From NCBI GenBank assembly GCA_030770535.1, contig JASVEC010000018.1, positions 248,001 through 312,000 on the forward strand: 64,000 bases of DNA, in the 5' to 3' direction. This DNA comes from Batkoa obscura. Lineage: Eukaryota. The position numbers were made by a program, and so were the translations under genes. Shown here one piece after another: positions 62,101 through 64,000 of this stretch. The notes below the pieces were generated by a model, which was given only the letters and a program-made list of their open reading frames with translations, was not told where the DNA came from and searched no databases. Within the stretch, counting starts at the first letter, position 1. Each line of letters starts with the position of its first letter.

Positions 62101-63302
62101 TGAGTTCCTAAATCAAAATCAAAGGGTTGGAAGTGTGTTGAACTATCATTATAAACATAACGACGGCATTGATAATTAAAATATAATAAGTCATTGGAGG
62201 TTCTTAAAAGTTGTGTGGATGTAATTCTGTAATTAGCACCTAAAGCTACTTTTAAGCCTTGTTCTACTTGACGTAATTTAGCAAGTATTTGAGAGCCATC
62301 GTCCAACAAGATTGTAGGGATCTGTGGCTGTTCAATTTGAATATATTGAGCTTGAAGAGGCTTAACTTGAATGCGGAAAAAGTTCCTTAAGCGAAAACGG
62401 AAGACATTAAGTACTACAAACCAAGTAGTAGCGAAAATCCAAATCCCAATAAACATGGATGAAGAAAGATCGTAATTTTCGTGGGCTATACCATAAAGCT
62501 TTCCGTTGATAGCACCATAGTAATCGGCAGTAATAACGGCGAGATAAACAATCCATCCAATGCTGATAAATAGAAAGGAGTATAACATAAAAGTACCAAA
62601 AAAATCGTTGACAAAGCCTTTGATTGGGAAAGGTTCATCTTCAAGCTCAGAATTGTTTTCAGCTCCCTTTTTCTCATCTACTTCAATTGGTGAGGTATCA
62701 ACAGCATACATATGTTGAACCTTGCCTTCTCTTATTCTTTTATAAGCGGCCCAAATTAAGATTAACAAAATTTCTGAACCAAGTATAGAGAAAACAGAAA
62801 TCCACATGGGTTCTGTAAAGGTAAATTGAGGACTTGGAGCTGGTGGACAAGCGGCCCAGTATTTTTCATCATTAATTCCAGAAGACCAGTTATTGAGATC
62901 AGTAGCTGTATTTAATTTATCTCCGCAATTATTAGCTAGCATTTTATTTTTAATGCTAGGATCAAATGCATCAATATCTACCATAACTGGTTCCGAGGAA
63001 CATGGAACATGATCTGTAGAGTCGTCTAAACATGAACATATATTCTTTATACCGTCACAAGAGCTATGACAAGCTCCATCACCACATGGCACTTGGCCAT
63101 CGGCACATTCTAATTTCACACCTTCTGGACATTGAGATAAATCTTTAACACATAGGATATTACATTTTAAATCTAAAACTTTGTGTCGTGGACAAACATT
63201 TCCATCCAAATCGAAATCATTAATTGTATTAAAAGCAGGGATACTATATACACTATTAAGTATAAGTAAACTTGGAAGAAGCTTTAAGAAATTAAGCTTC
63301 AT
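59166..63302 (-). CDS. P5-type (P5B-like) P-type ATPase with N-terminal signal peptide and Cys-rich domain, intronless
   Basis: LVPGD, [74 protein letters not shown]. Confidence 0.92.
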   Translation of the reverse strand: [1378 protein letters not shown]

Positions 63303-64000
63303 AGTTAGTAAAATGTATCAAATAAATCAATTGATTGTATTGTAAATATTATAAAGAGGAAAAGATTCAAAAAAGTTACAAACTACAAAGCTAACAAATT
63401 GTTTAAAACTGAAATACTTTCTAGTTACTTTTTATTTATATTATTTGAATAATGCATCTTAAAAATAAACAAGATTACTTCATTTCTAAATTTTGAGGCA
63501 AATTGCCTAATATGGAAAAATGATTTTGAAGGTATAAATGAATTCTTATATATTTAATTTGATAAAGAAGATATGAAATAATATTAATATAGTTTTAATA
63601 ACGATTTCTTGAAAAAATTCAAATATAAATAATGTTTTAATATATAAAGAACAATACAATTTTGTTGCTTTTACTTTTTAATAGTTAGCAGCTATCATCA
63701 AAATAGCTATTCCTGTTCTTTTGAACTGAATTTGCCCATCTTATAAACAAATAAAAAACTAACTACAGTTTCTAAATTTTTCAATGTTCTATTTTACAAT
63801 TAATGCTCAACTGATTTCGAGAATGAAATTGATAAATGAGCAAAATTTGACATTTTCTTATCTCAAAATGAGTACTTTAATATTACAAAATGAATAGTTT
63901 ATTATCTTAATACAGATTATTTTGAGACTATAAGTCTTGTCAACTTTATTTACTGATCAAACAAACCTTGATAAGCTTAAATCTATAAGAAAACATAAAT

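Overview
AT-rich, intron-containing eukaryotic DNA: short GT-AG introns of about 45-120 nt, standard genetic code. Gene content and composition suggest an early-diverging fungus, plausibly Entomophthorales/Zoopagomycota (inference). Conserved genes: RPB7, GPR89/Golgi pH regulator, mitochondrial uL3, THOC1/HPR1, ALG1, NOP4/RBM28, LTN1/RKR1, an SR protein and a 2OG-Fe(II) oxygenase. Accessory or unusual genes: a class-A-like 7TM receptor, a head-to-head pair of small secreted proteins (one missing from the ORF track), an intronless bacterial-type MFS transporter, two complementary ASCC1/AKAP7-like 2H-phosphoesterase genes flanking a bromodomain-less Yta7-like ATPase, five PAF-acetylhydrolase paralogues (one a pseudogene) whose post-catalytic helix grows in 7-residue steps, and a P5-type ATPase with a signal peptide and Cys-rich N-terminal domain. 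Intergenic DNA holds at least 23 copies of a ~95-100 bp fold-back MITE (GGGG...CCCC ends, usually a 4-bp ATAT-like TSD). It also holds three copies of a ~460 bp TG...CA solo-LTR-like element, two of them inserted in opposite orientation into one MITE copy. Neighbouring repeats repeatedly form near-perfect palindromes. No tRNA, rRNA or CRISPR array was recognised. All family assignments come from motif recognition by eye, not database searches.
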